Source: a virus | Reading direction: 5' to 3' (one strand) | Length of the DNA stretch: 64,000 nt | Virus record (IMG/VR): IMGVR_UViG_3300017743_005089 | Span: 36,971-100,970 of that record | In this document: piece after piece, positions 56,282 to 64,000 of the stretch | How the letters are laid out: each line of letters opens with the position of its first letter | Position numbering within the stretch: position 1 is the stretch's first letter | The notes under the pieces: generated by a model | Databases searched by the model: none | Seen by the model: only the letters and a program-made list of their open reading frames with translations | What the model was told of the DNA's origin: nothing | Program-made: the position numbers and the translations under genes

Positions 56282-56854
56282 ATGAAAAATAAATTAATAG
56301 GCTTAACTGGTTTTGCTAGAACAGGTAAGGATACTTTTCAATCAAGGAGTTCTACTTTATTAAAAAAAATGAATGCGAATTTTATTTGCCATAGGTTTGC
56401 TTTTGCAGATGCATTAAAGCAAGAATGCGACTCCTTCCTGCTTAAAAACATAGGCATATCTTCTTTTACCGAGTATACGCCTGATAAGGAAATAATTAGA
56501 CCTTTTTTGGTTACATATGGAACCCACTTGAGGAGAAAAATGGACCCAAACTGTTGGATTAAAAAAATAGATCCTTTGATTAAAAAAATCACCTCAGACG
56601 AGTCTTGTCAAAATTTTATATTTATAACTGACGTCCGTTTTAAAAATGAAGCGGAGTGGATTAAATCACTAGGAGGGTACTTAATCAACATTCACAGGGA
56701 AGGGTTTGGACCAGCAAATATAGAGGAAAAGGATCAATCTAAGCTTATTGATCCGCTTGTTGATCATAAATTGTCTTGGCCTACCTTTGGACCGAATGAA
56801 ATACAGTCCTGCGATCCTTTTATGCTCCCTATATTGAAAAAAATTTCTGAATGA
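56282..56854 (+). CDS. Deoxynucleoside monophosphate kinase (phage type)
   Basis: IGLTG.ARTGKDT, FADALK, R..L...GT, ITDVRF.NE. Confidence 0.85.
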   Translation: MKNKLIGLTGFARTGKDTFQSRSSTLLKKMNANFICHRFAFADALKQECDSFLLKNIGISSFTEYTPDKEIIRPFLVTYGTHLRRKMDPNCWIKKIDPLIKKITSDESCQNFIFITDVRFKNEAEWIKSLGGYLINIHREGFGPANIEEKDQSKLIDPLVDHKLSWPTFGPNEIQSCDPFMLPILKKISE

Positions 56855-56878
56855 ACCCAGCAACACAGTGGACTATAT

Positions 56879-57050
56879 ATGAAATATAAATCACAAAAAA
56901 AAATACCATCAAACAGAAAAAGGTAAAAAGTCCCTATCTAAAGCTCAAAAAAAATACGATGAAGAAAATTTAGAGAAGCGTCGCGAACAAAAAAGAGAAT
57001 ATATGCGCAAAAAACGCTCTGAAAACCCTAATTATTGCAAATGGAAATGA
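56879..57050 (+). pseudogene. Basic 56-aa ORF interrupted by a +1 frameshift in an A9 run
   Basis: Removing one A joins MKYKSQKK to YHQTEKGKKSLSKAQKKYDEEN...CKWK. Confidence 0.5.
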
Positions 57051-57169
57051 CAAAGAGTAAAACAAAAACAAAAAGCGGAAACGGCAAAGGTGATGCGCCA
57101 AGAAATAATACATCTAAAAAATTTAAATCTAACTACGAAAAGATAAACTGGAAGAAGAAAAAGGCTTGA
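57047..57169 (+). CDS. 40-aa basic phage peptide
   Basis: MTKSKTKTKSGNGKGDAPRNNTSKKFKSNYEKINWKKKKA; ATGA overlap with the upstream frame. Confidence 0.6.
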   Translation: MTKSKTKTKSGNGKGDAPRNNTSKKFKSNYEKINWKKKKA

Positions 57170-57194
57170 CTTGATTGGCTCTATATTGTATAAT
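57166..57194 (+). promoter_or_regulatory. sigma70-type promoter for the operon containing the sigma-like gene
   Basis: TTGACT-N17-TATAAT; 10 nt before ATG 57205. Confidence 0.75.
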
Positions 57195-57204
57195 AATCAC
57201 CACA

Positions 57205-57651
57205 ATGGATAAATTCGTAAAAGAAGAAACTGCAGCCAAAAGAGAATATCAGACTAATTATTATATAAAAAATAAAGAATCAATAGCTGCTTATAACAAA
57301 TCTTACAGAAAAGCCAAGAAAAAAGAGTCCACAAAACTTGACTCAAAAAAAACATTCCCATACTCTCAATATTGGAAAGTTTCGTATTCATGCCTTTTTC
57401 CCAAAGGCAATTCAATCAAATTCAAATCCGTCATAATAGCTAGATCAGAGGCTAATGCAAAAAAATTTTTATTTAAAAAAATAAAAGAAGATACCCCTGA
57501 TTTAGAAGTTTCAGGCATTCGCATATCTATGTTTGACAAGTCAACCCTAATACGTGGTAAGAAAATATCCACCTTAAATTGGCTTGATATCAAAAATTCA
57601 GCTTTTCCTAATGAATTAAACGTACTCTTTAAATACAATGAAAGTAACTAA
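57205..57651 (+). CDS. Hypothetical basic protein
   Basis: ATG just after the promoter; K/Y-rich helical N-terminus. Confidence 0.6.
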   Translation: MDKFVKEETAAKREYQTNYYIKNKESIAAYNKSYRKAKKKESTKLDSKKTFPYSQYWKVSYSCLFPKGNSIKFKSVIIARSEANAKKFLFKKIKEDTPDLEVSGIRISMFDKSTLIRGKKISTLNWLDIKNSAFPNELNVLFKYNESN

Positions 57652-58315
57652 AAATCAAAAAAACGAGTACATGAATCTCCTTTCAGAGCATCAGCTTGAT
57701 ATTAAATATATCGTACTAAGGTATAGACTTCCAGGACATAAACTTTCTGTCGAAGAAATTATTTCTGAAATAAATTTTAAAGCAGCTAAACATGCAGAAA
57801 CAGCCATCATTAAAAATCTAGCCTGCTTAACTAAAGAAGGTTTCAGCAAGTTAATGTTTGCAATATGTTATAATAACATAATGAGGACTGCTCACGGGCT
57901 AAGCCAAAGAGATTTCGACAATCGCCACAAAATAGTTCCTGATAAAATAATAAATCATGACAACGGCGAAACTTTATTGAGTTTAGCTTTAAAAAGCTTA
58001 AGTTCCAACTTGTATGAAGCTTCAGAGCAGGATCTAAACCTTGAATCCAAGCAGGTGAATATTGTAAAATGGATAGAAGATTATTCTGACTTTTTGAACG
58101 AAAATGAATTAAATGTTTTCAAGCAAATGCGCAAAGGTTATTCGAAAAAAGAAATATCTAATAATATGGGCGTTAGCCACCAAATGATTTCGGTCTATCA
58201 AAAAACTTTATTTGAAAAAATTAAATCTTATATTAAGTTAGATTTTTGCACCCATTCTGATAAATCAAAAATTAAAGCGGCTTCCGAATCTATAAATCGT
58301 TTATTTTCCAAATAA
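57638..58315 (+). CDS. Sigma70-family (ECF/phage-type) sigma factor-like protein
   Basis: Region-4 HTH LNENE..VF.....GYS.KEIS..MGVS.QMIS; weak region-2-like segment EEIISE...F......I..N.I. Confidence 0.6.
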   Translation: MKVTKNQKNEYMNLLSEHQLDIKYIVLRYRLPGHKLSVEEIISEINFKAAKHAETAIIKNLACLTKEGFSKLMFAICYNNIMRTAHGLSQRDFDNRHKIVPDKIINHDNGETLLSLALKSLSSNLYEASEQDLNLESKQVNIVKWIEDYSDFLNENELNVFKQMRKGYSKKEISNNMGVSHQMISVYQKTLFEKIKSYIKLDFCTHSDKSKIKAASESINRLFSK

Positions 58316-58331
58316 TTGTGTATATATTTAC

Positions 58332-58418
58332 ATGCATGATAAAGCTTTTTTTTATTTTTTAATAGTTTTACTTTTCTTTTGTTTTTACAAGGATAACGTT
58401 GGCGAACACGAAAGCTAA
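58332..58418 (+). CDS. 28-aa hydrophobic peptide
   Basis: MHDKAFFYFLIVLLFFCFYKDNVGEHES; 9 nt after a GTGTA element. Confidence 0.35.
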   Translation: MHDKAFFYFLIVLLFFCFYKDNVGEHES

Positions 58419-58439
58419 TACGATTATATTTTTATAAAA

Positions 58440-59195
58440 ATGCCAGAGCAAAACTTAAATTTATTTATTAATACGGCTCATAAATGTGCATCCACAATGA
58501 TGCATAGAATTTTTTCGTTTATAGCTAAAAAAAACAACCTCAAATTTTGTCATGGTTTTTGTAAATCAGACCTCAAACCTTGGGCAAACATTTTTATGGC
58601 AAGAAACCCTCATGGAGAGAGCATATTGTTTGATCAACCAGCAATCAATCTAATTATATCAAGACACCCAATAGGGTCATCAATATCAAAGTATTATTCT
58701 TTTGGGTGGACGCACGAAGTGCCCCAAGGAGACGCAGACCATTTTATTGAAAGTGTACGAAAACCCATTCAAGAAAAAAGTTTAATTGAATTCGTAAAAG
58801 AAGATGTATCAGCAACAGTAAAGCATCCAAATATAACCCTTACAAATATCATAAACAAAAAAGACCTAAATGAAAAATATATATTTTTACCCTATGAACT
58901 AATTATATCCAAAAAGATTAATTTTTACGAAATAATTAAACAGGCTTGTAATTTTGATATTAATATTTCAGAAGAAGATTTTTTTAAAAAATTCTCAAAA
59001 GACTTCGATCCAGTAGAAGACAAATCGGAAGATATAGTTAACCTTCGAAGCGCTCCTCATAGAAGGTGCAGCGACCCAATGGAGTTTAAAAATAAAATTC
59101 CAGCTAATATCAGGCAAGGCATATTACTAGATTATCCAATCATAAAAGAATATGAAAACATTTTAATGAAAGAAAAAATTATAACAAACCTATGA
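58440..59195 (+). CDS. Sulfotransferase-like protein
   Basis: HKCAST loop, RHP....IS.YYS, YE, H.R. Confidence 0.65.
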   Translation: MPEQNLNLFINTAHKCASTMMHRIFSFIAKKNNLKFCHGFCKSDLKPWANIFMARNPHGESILFDQPAINLIISRHPIGSSISKYYSFGWTHEVPQGDADHFIESVRKPIQEKSLIEFVKEDVSATVKHPNITLTNIINKKDLNEKYIFLPYELIISKKINFYEIIKQACNFDINISEEDFFKKFSKDFDPVEDKSEDIVNLRSAPHRRCSDPMEFKNKIPANIRQGILLDYPIIKEYENILMKEKIITNL

Positions 59196-59211
59196 AACCT
59201 AAAATAGCACC

Positions 59212-59649
59212 ATGACTCTCAGGGAGCTAATAAAAGAATGCACTTATAAAGATGTATTCAACATTATATATAAAAAATTCCTTCAGAAAAAAAAATGTTC
59301 TAATTCAAAAATTATAGAGTATGACATACAATACAATAAAATATTTAAAGAATTAATGAACCTCCCATATAACCCAAAAGATAATTTAAAAATTTATTTA
59401 GCCAATGTTGGTCCAGAAAAAAAAATTGACATTGATGCATGCTTATTGGACGAGCTTGAAGATGAGCTTTTTTCGCTTGATTTTGTTGATTGGTCCGATA
59501 TAATAGACTTAGAATTATACGACTCAGTGAAAATGACTCGAGCCGAATGCTTGGCTCATATATTATGGGAAATAACCTTCTGGGGCTTCTCAAGAGAGGC
59601 AATCAATAAACAAAAGAAAAAAACATTCGATACAGAAAATGAAAAATGA
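59212..59649 (+). CDS. Conserved hypothetical protein
   Basis: SLDFVDW, AHILWEITFWG pattern. Confidence 0.6.
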   Translation: MTLRELIKECTYKDVFNIIYKKFLQKKKCSNSKIIEYDIQYNKIFKELMNLPYNPKDNLKIYLANVGPEKKIDIDACLLDELEDELFSLDFVDWSDIIDLELYDSVKMTRAECLAHILWEITFWGFSREAINKQKKKTFDTENEK

Positions 59650-60058
59650 TGACAGTATACGTCCTTGGGGGCATTATGAAATTTTACTTGACGAAGATTA
59701 CTGCAAAGTAAAAAGGATTTACGTCAAACCAAATCAAAGATTAAGCTACCAGTACCACCATAAAAGACAAGAAGCTTGGACCGTTGTTTCGGGTATAGCC
59801 AGAATAACTATAGACGATGAAACAAAGGATTACCATGCTGGAGATACGGTCTTGATTCCATTGGGGGCAAAACACAGAATGGCAAATCCTGAAAGTGATC
59901 AAAATATGATTTTAATCGAAGTTCAAACGGGCACTTATTTCGGAGAAGACGACATCGTAAGGGTTCAGGATGATTATGACAGGCCTGAATCTCACGAAGT
60001 TATTAACTTATGGAAACCTAAATGGGATGTAATTGAAGATGAAAAAAGTAGCGATTAG
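59639..60058 (+). CDS. Mannose-6-phosphate isomerase type II cupin domain
   Basis: RPWG.Y, VKRI.VKP, LS.Q.HH.R.E.W, HR..N, EVQ.G.Y.GEDDIVR. Confidence 0.88.
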   Translation: MKNDDSIRPWGHYEILLDEDYCKVKRIYVKPNQRLSYQYHHKRQEAWTVVSGIARITIDDETKDYHAGDTVLIPLGAKHRMANPESDQNMILIEVQTGTYFGEDDIVRVQDDYDRPESHEVINLWKPKWDVIEDEKSSD

Positions 60059-60437
60059 TGGTTATTTTGACCCAATACATATTGGTCATTTAGAATATAT
60101 TCGTTTAGCGCGAGAACTTGGCAATCATCTGATCGTCATAGTCAATAACGATAAACAAGCCTCCCTTAAAAAAGGTAAATCTTTCATGTGTGAAGATGAT
60201 AGGCTCCAAATAGTTTCCCAAATCAAAGGAGTTGACGAAGCAATATTATCTATTGATGAAGATAAAAGCGTATGCAAGACCCTTGATTTAATCAAGCCTG
60301 ATGTATTTGCTAATGGAGGCGATAGAAGCAATTCAGAAATACCAGAATTTAAAATTTGCAAACAAAACAACACTGAAGTTGTAGATGGTCTCGGTTCTAA
60401 AATCCGCTCCTCTTCAGAGCTTACGGGTATTAAATGA
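60039..60437 (+). CDS. Cytidylyl/adenylyltransferase (TagD/RfaE-like)
   Basis: SG.FDPIHIGH, VNND, R, PD.FANGGD, SSS. Confidence 0.85.
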   Translation: MKKVAISGYFDPIHIGHLEYIRLARELGNHLIVIVNNDKQASLKKGKSFMCEDDRLQIVSQIKGVDEAILSIDEDKSVCKTLDLIKPDVFANGGDRSNSEIPEFKICKQNNTEVVDGLGSKIRSSSELTGIK

Positions 60438-60943
60438 ATTTATATAAACTACCAACTCACCAAAAATCTCCCAAGATAGTCTACGGAGTTATCGAAATAG
60501 AGGAAGGCTCTAAAAATAAGTACGAGTACGATGGTGGCTTAGGGGTTTTTATGTACGACAGGTGCTTAACCTCTGCCATGGTGTATCCAGCAAGTTACGG
60601 GTTTATACCTGGAACTCTATGCGAGGATGGAGACCCTCTTGACATATTAGTTATAAGCCCAGAACCTATAAAAAGAGCAACTATTGTTGAGTGTAAAGTT
60701 GTCGGTTGCCTAGATATGGATGACGAAGGGGATAAAGATTACAAAATACTAGCAGTGCCTAATTTTTATACTCGAAAATATTGCGGACTTAAAGATATAG
60801 AAGAGTCTTTCCTTTTGATCGCAAAGAATTTCTTCGCTCATTATAAAGATTTGTCAATGAGTGGAGATAAAGTTAATATTAACGGCTGGATAGACAAAGA
60901 AGAAACCCTTAAAATAATAGAAGACAGGATTATAAAAAAATGA
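60434..60943 (+). CDS. ppa: Family I inorganic pyrophosphatase
   Basis: EI..GS.NKYE, DR, YP..YGFIP.T..EDGDPLD, DEG..D.K, FF..YK. Confidence 0.93.
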   Translation: MNLYKLPTHQKSPKIVYGVIEIEEGSKNKYEYDGGLGVFMYDRCLTSAMVYPASYGFIPGTLCEDGDPLDILVISPEPIKRATIVECKVVGCLDMDDEGDKDYKILAVPNFYTRKYCGLKDIEESFLLIAKNFFAHYKDLSMSGDKVNINGWIDKEETLKIIEDRIIKK

Positions 60944-61017
60944 CATTAATTACTATAGCGGGATTGGCGCTATTATACGCCTTTTGCTCTTGGGAAAAAT
61001 ATAATTGGCATAAATAA
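60940..61017 (+). CDS. 25-aa membrane peptide
   Basis: MTLITIAGLALLYAFCSWEKYNWHK; ATGA overlap with ppa. Confidence 0.35.
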   Translation: MTLITIAGLALLYAFCSWEKYNWHK

Positions 61018-61033
61018 TAGTGTAATTTAGTGT

Positions 61034-61243
61034 GTGCTAAGGTTTTTGCCACTATTTTTCTTAAGTGGTTGTATTGTAAAATACGACCCGAGTCCATCTG
61101 ATACGAATTTTGACCCCAACAAAAGGGATTGGGTCAAAGTGTATGAAAGAGAAATAATTATAGCTATTGAAAATGACGACAGGGACGCCTGGAATTTTTT
61201 CTGGAGAGAATATATGCTGGAAAAATCTAAAATTAATCGATAA
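61034..61243 (+). CDS. Small lipoprotein
   Basis: Lipobox LSGC; GTGTA element 9 nt upstream. Confidence 0.6.
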   Translation: MLRFLPLFFLSGCIVKYDPSPSDTNFDPNKRDWVKVYEREIIIAIENDDRDAWNFFWREYMLEKSKINR

Positions 61244-61286
61244 TTTTTTATTTAAAATATACTATAAATATTTTATCATATAAGAT

Positions 61287-63110
61287 ATGGAATATACTAA
61301 ACAACTAGCAGTTTGTTACTTTTGTACTAAAGCCGAATACTTGTCTGGAGAATTAAAAGACTCTATGAATCGCTTCTTATCTATGAAGCCTTCAAAAAAA
61401 CATTGTTTTGATCTTTTTTTTGTGTTTGATCAGGGGGATGAATCAGATTATTCTTCTATTTTAGATTTTGAGTCTCATAATAATGTTAATTCCATAACCA
61501 TTCATTCTCTGGATATTGAAGCCAAAGATAATATCTACGTTAGAAGTAGACATTCATTGAGGAAATTTAAAGAGCTTGGTGAGCCATCACTAGGGTTATC
61601 CTCTGGGCCAAATAATTTGTTTTTTAATGGTATGAATTTTTTATCAAATAAAGATTACGAAAATTATATGGTGCTCGAAGCCGACACTAGACCAGTCAAA
61701 TATTTTTGGTTTGATTTATTGATTAAAAACTCTCAAGAAGATTTTTTGATAGCAGGAAGCACTTACAAAGGAAGTCGAGAAATTCCAAAAGGAGCTCTTT
61801 GGGCTAACCATTTAAATGGTGTGGCTATTTATAAAAACTCAGAGAAAATGCATAACTTATTAAAAGACTCAAGGCAGTTGATTTTAGATAAAGTTAAAAA
61901 TCTTGAAGACAGCTGTATGGTTAATTATGATGTAGCAATTTTTTACTCAGCAAAAAATAATAATCTTGAGTCTAGTTTAATTGATACCGATTTTATCACA
62001 AACATTTCTTTAGGAGCCGACCTTAAAATAAAAGAACAAGAAATTCTTTTAAAATACAGAAAAACAATCGTGCTTCACCAAAAGATTTATAGACCCAAAA
62101 AAAAGTTTACCCTACTCACAACGCTTTATTACGACCATTCAGAAGAAAGAAGAAAAGAGTTAGCTTATTGTTTAGAGAAAAACATTAAAAATAAACATAT
62201 AGAGGATATAATAATACTTACAGAAGTTCAGAATAATAAAGGCTTTGGATCAGAAATAGATTCTTTAATAATAGATCATGGTATAGAAGTTGTTCGGGTT
62301 AAAAAAAGACCCACTTATTTTACATTTTTTGATTATGCTAATGATAACCTTTATGGCAATAAAATTATTGTAGCGAATTCAGATATTTATTTTGACAATT
62401 CTCTTGGTTTAGCTGGTGAAAATCACCATTCTCAAGATTTTTACGCCCTAACTAGATGGACGAAAACTGATGATAATAAAAGCTACTTGCCTCACGTCTT
62501 TAATTCTTCTTTTCCTATTGATAAAATTAACCATCAAGATATGGTTGGATTAAGATGGTGGTCTCCAGGAATGCATCCAGATGGTAAATGGATATCTAAA
62601 TCTAAACCTGTTAGCGCTAAATACGTAAATCTTACTGATGAAATTTGGGCAAAAGATTGTGGGATTTTTGATCAGTTTTATAATTACGAATCTAAGCATG
62701 AGTCCGCCAATTCGCCTGGAATCAATAAGGCAACAGGCGAAGCGATTATATGGAGAAATGAACATAGTGCGGATGCGTGGATTTTCGAAGCTCCATTTAA
62801 CTGCAACAGTAAAAATTATAAAATTCCGTTGGGAACTTTTAGATGCGATACTTACCTGAATTATTACTTAATTCAGGCTCATTTAAATGGCAAAATTAAT
62901 CTGTCAAACCCTTGTCTTTCGGTTAAATCTTTTCATTATGATTATTTGCGTTCTGAAGAAGATAAAAATTACGTAGAAGATAAAATAAAAAAAGATGGAA
63001 AAGATAAATTTGTTGATAATTATGAATTTAGCCCTCAATATGACAAAGATGTATCTGAAGACCCTGATCAAGTTTTACATCGATGTTTTTTGCCTTGGCA
63101 AACCTTGTAA
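61287..63110 (+). CDS. Two-domain glycosyltransferase-like protein
   Basis: Domain 1 GPN..F, LEAD, HLNG.A.Y, YD; domain 2 R..E...CL..N, NSDIYFD, ALTRW, S.DAWIF, CD, NP...H. Confidence 0.6.
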   Translation: MEYTKQLAVCYFCTKAEYLSGELKDSMNRFLSMKPSKKHCFDLFFVFDQGDESDYSSILDFESHNNVNSITIHSLDIEAKDNIYVRSRHSLRKFKELGEPSLGLSSGPNNLFFNGMNFLSNKDYENYMVLEADTRPVKYFWFDLLIKNSQEDFLIAGSTYKGSREIPKGALWANHLNGVAIYKNSEKMHNLLKDSRQLILDKVKNLEDSCMVNYDVAIFYSAKNNNLESSLIDTDFITNISLGADLKIKEQEILLKYRKTIVLHQKIYRPKKKFTLLTTLYYDHSEERRKELAYCLEKNIKNKHIEDIIILTEVQNNKGFGSEIDSLIIDHGIEVVRVKKRPTYFTFFDYANDNLYGNKIIVANSDIYFDNSLGLAGENHHSQDFYALTRWTKTDDNKSYLPHVFNSSFPIDKINHQDMVGLRWWSPGMHPDGKWISKSKPVSAKYVNLTDEIWAKDCGIFDQFYNYESKHESANSPGINKATGEAIIWRNEHSADAWIFEAPFNCNSKNYKIPLGTFRCDTYLNYYLIQAHLNGKINLSNPCLSVKSFHYDYLRSEEDKNYVEDKIKKDGKDKFVDNYEFSPQYDKDVSEDPDQVLHRCFLPWQTL

Positions 63111-63139
63111 AAAATTATTAATCTTGGAGAATAAGAATC

Positions 63140-64000
63140 ATGCAATTTAATAAAAACCCTAGCCTACTGCCAGTTTTTCATCACATCGCTAAAAGCGCGG
63201 GAACCTATGTGCTAGGTTGGATGTTTTTTTTATGCCGAAAATATTACAGTTCTTTTGGCTGCGACCCCGATTGTTGCAAAATGATTTCAATTACCTTGCC
63301 GAATGGAAAGAGTTTGTCTGCACTGTGCCATATTAATAAAAATTTAAATGACTTAGGCGATCAAATTGAAATTATTAATAGCGGTAGCTTAAAAACAAAT
63401 TCTGAATTTTTTTTAGATTTACTTTTAGCCAAAGAATTAAACCTATTTTCTGTATCGGTAGATCCTTCCTCTCCAGGATGGAATTGTGCAAAAAATTATC
63501 TATTACAAATTTTAGATATTTTAGATTTAGATCATTTGCTTAACTTTATGGTTATTAGAAACCCATACGATAGAGCGCAATCTTTATTCAACTATATTAA
63601 AAGCAATGACAGCTCACATGAACCAACACATCAATCTTATGCTTCAGATAATTTTTTAGATTTCATTTGTAGTCACGAGATGGAAGATTCGTGGATTATT
63701 AGAAATTTAATTGATTTAGACAATACTGAGGTTATCCTACCTGATCATTTTACTATTTGTGACGATGCTTATCTACAACATTTTAAAATAAAAGATATTG
63801 CTTATGCAGATGACCTCATAAACGAGGTCTTCTATAACGCTTATGGCATAAATCAAAACCACCTAAATAGGTCAAAAGTTTTAAAAAACATTAATAAAAA
63901 TAAATCTTCAGCTATTCCTAAAATTGAATTTGATGATTTACCTAAAGATGTCCAGCAAAAATTTCTAGATCGTACATGTTTGGATATAAAATTATGGGAG
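63140..64000 (+). CDS. Sulfotransferase family 2-like protein, truncated by the window end
   Basis: Read by hand: FHHIAKSAGTY and in-frame IRNPYDRAQS. Confidence 0.75.
   Translation, partial: MQFNKNPSLLPVFHHIAKSAGTYVLGWMFFLCRKYYSSFGCDPDCCKMISITLPNGKSLSALCHINKNLNDLGDQIEIINSGSLKTNSEFFLDLLLAKELNLFSVSVDPSSPGWNCAKNYLLQILDILDLDHLLNFMVIRNPYDRAQSLFNYIKSNDSSHEPTHQSYASDNFLDFICSHEMEDSWIIRNLIDLDNTEVILPDHFTICDDAYLQHFKIKDIAYADDLINEVFYNAYGINQNHLNRSKVLKNINKNKSSAIPKIEFDDLPKDVQQKFLDRTCLDIKLWE

Noticed and set aside
1-64000. Giant eukaryotic virus, cellular genome or stop-codon recoding
   Set aside because: DnaE/DnaB/DnaG, tmRNA, sigma70 promoters and tail fibres point to a bacteriophage; no ribosomal or core cellular operons; conserved genes end normally at TAA, TAG and TGA

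Overview
This AT-rich window is gene-dense and coded almost entirely on the + strand (one real - strand gene). It looks like part of a large tailed dsDNA phage (jumbo-type), probably aquatic, using the standard code. In order it carries: a Chlamydia-type class Ic ribonucleotide reductase R2 lacking the radical tyrosine; a J-domain protein; a ~20 kb, 26-gene island of soluble glycosyltransferases, sulfotransferases and methyltransferases plus a GDP-mannose 3',5'-epimerase, with a MORC-like ATPase embedded; a bacterial-type replisome (RecA, DnaB, DnaG, RecB/Cas4-like nuclease, DnaE split into PHP, exonuclease and polymerase genes); a ClpA/C ATPase; four large fibre/virion proteins, one with an inserted type-1 copper domain and one with nested inserts; a probably inactive UV-damage endonuclease; an intact tmRNA; a kinase-nucleotidyltransferase fusion; dUTPase, a porin, dNMP kinase and a sigma-like factor; and a second sugar/sulfate module. 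The best candidate for an undescribed system is a phage-encoded sulfated-glycan pathway, possibly with its own minimal PAPS synthase. Two promoter classes are visible: host sigma70-type and a recurrent GTGTA element, both usually just upstream of start codons. All family calls are by-eye motif recognition; no database searches were run.
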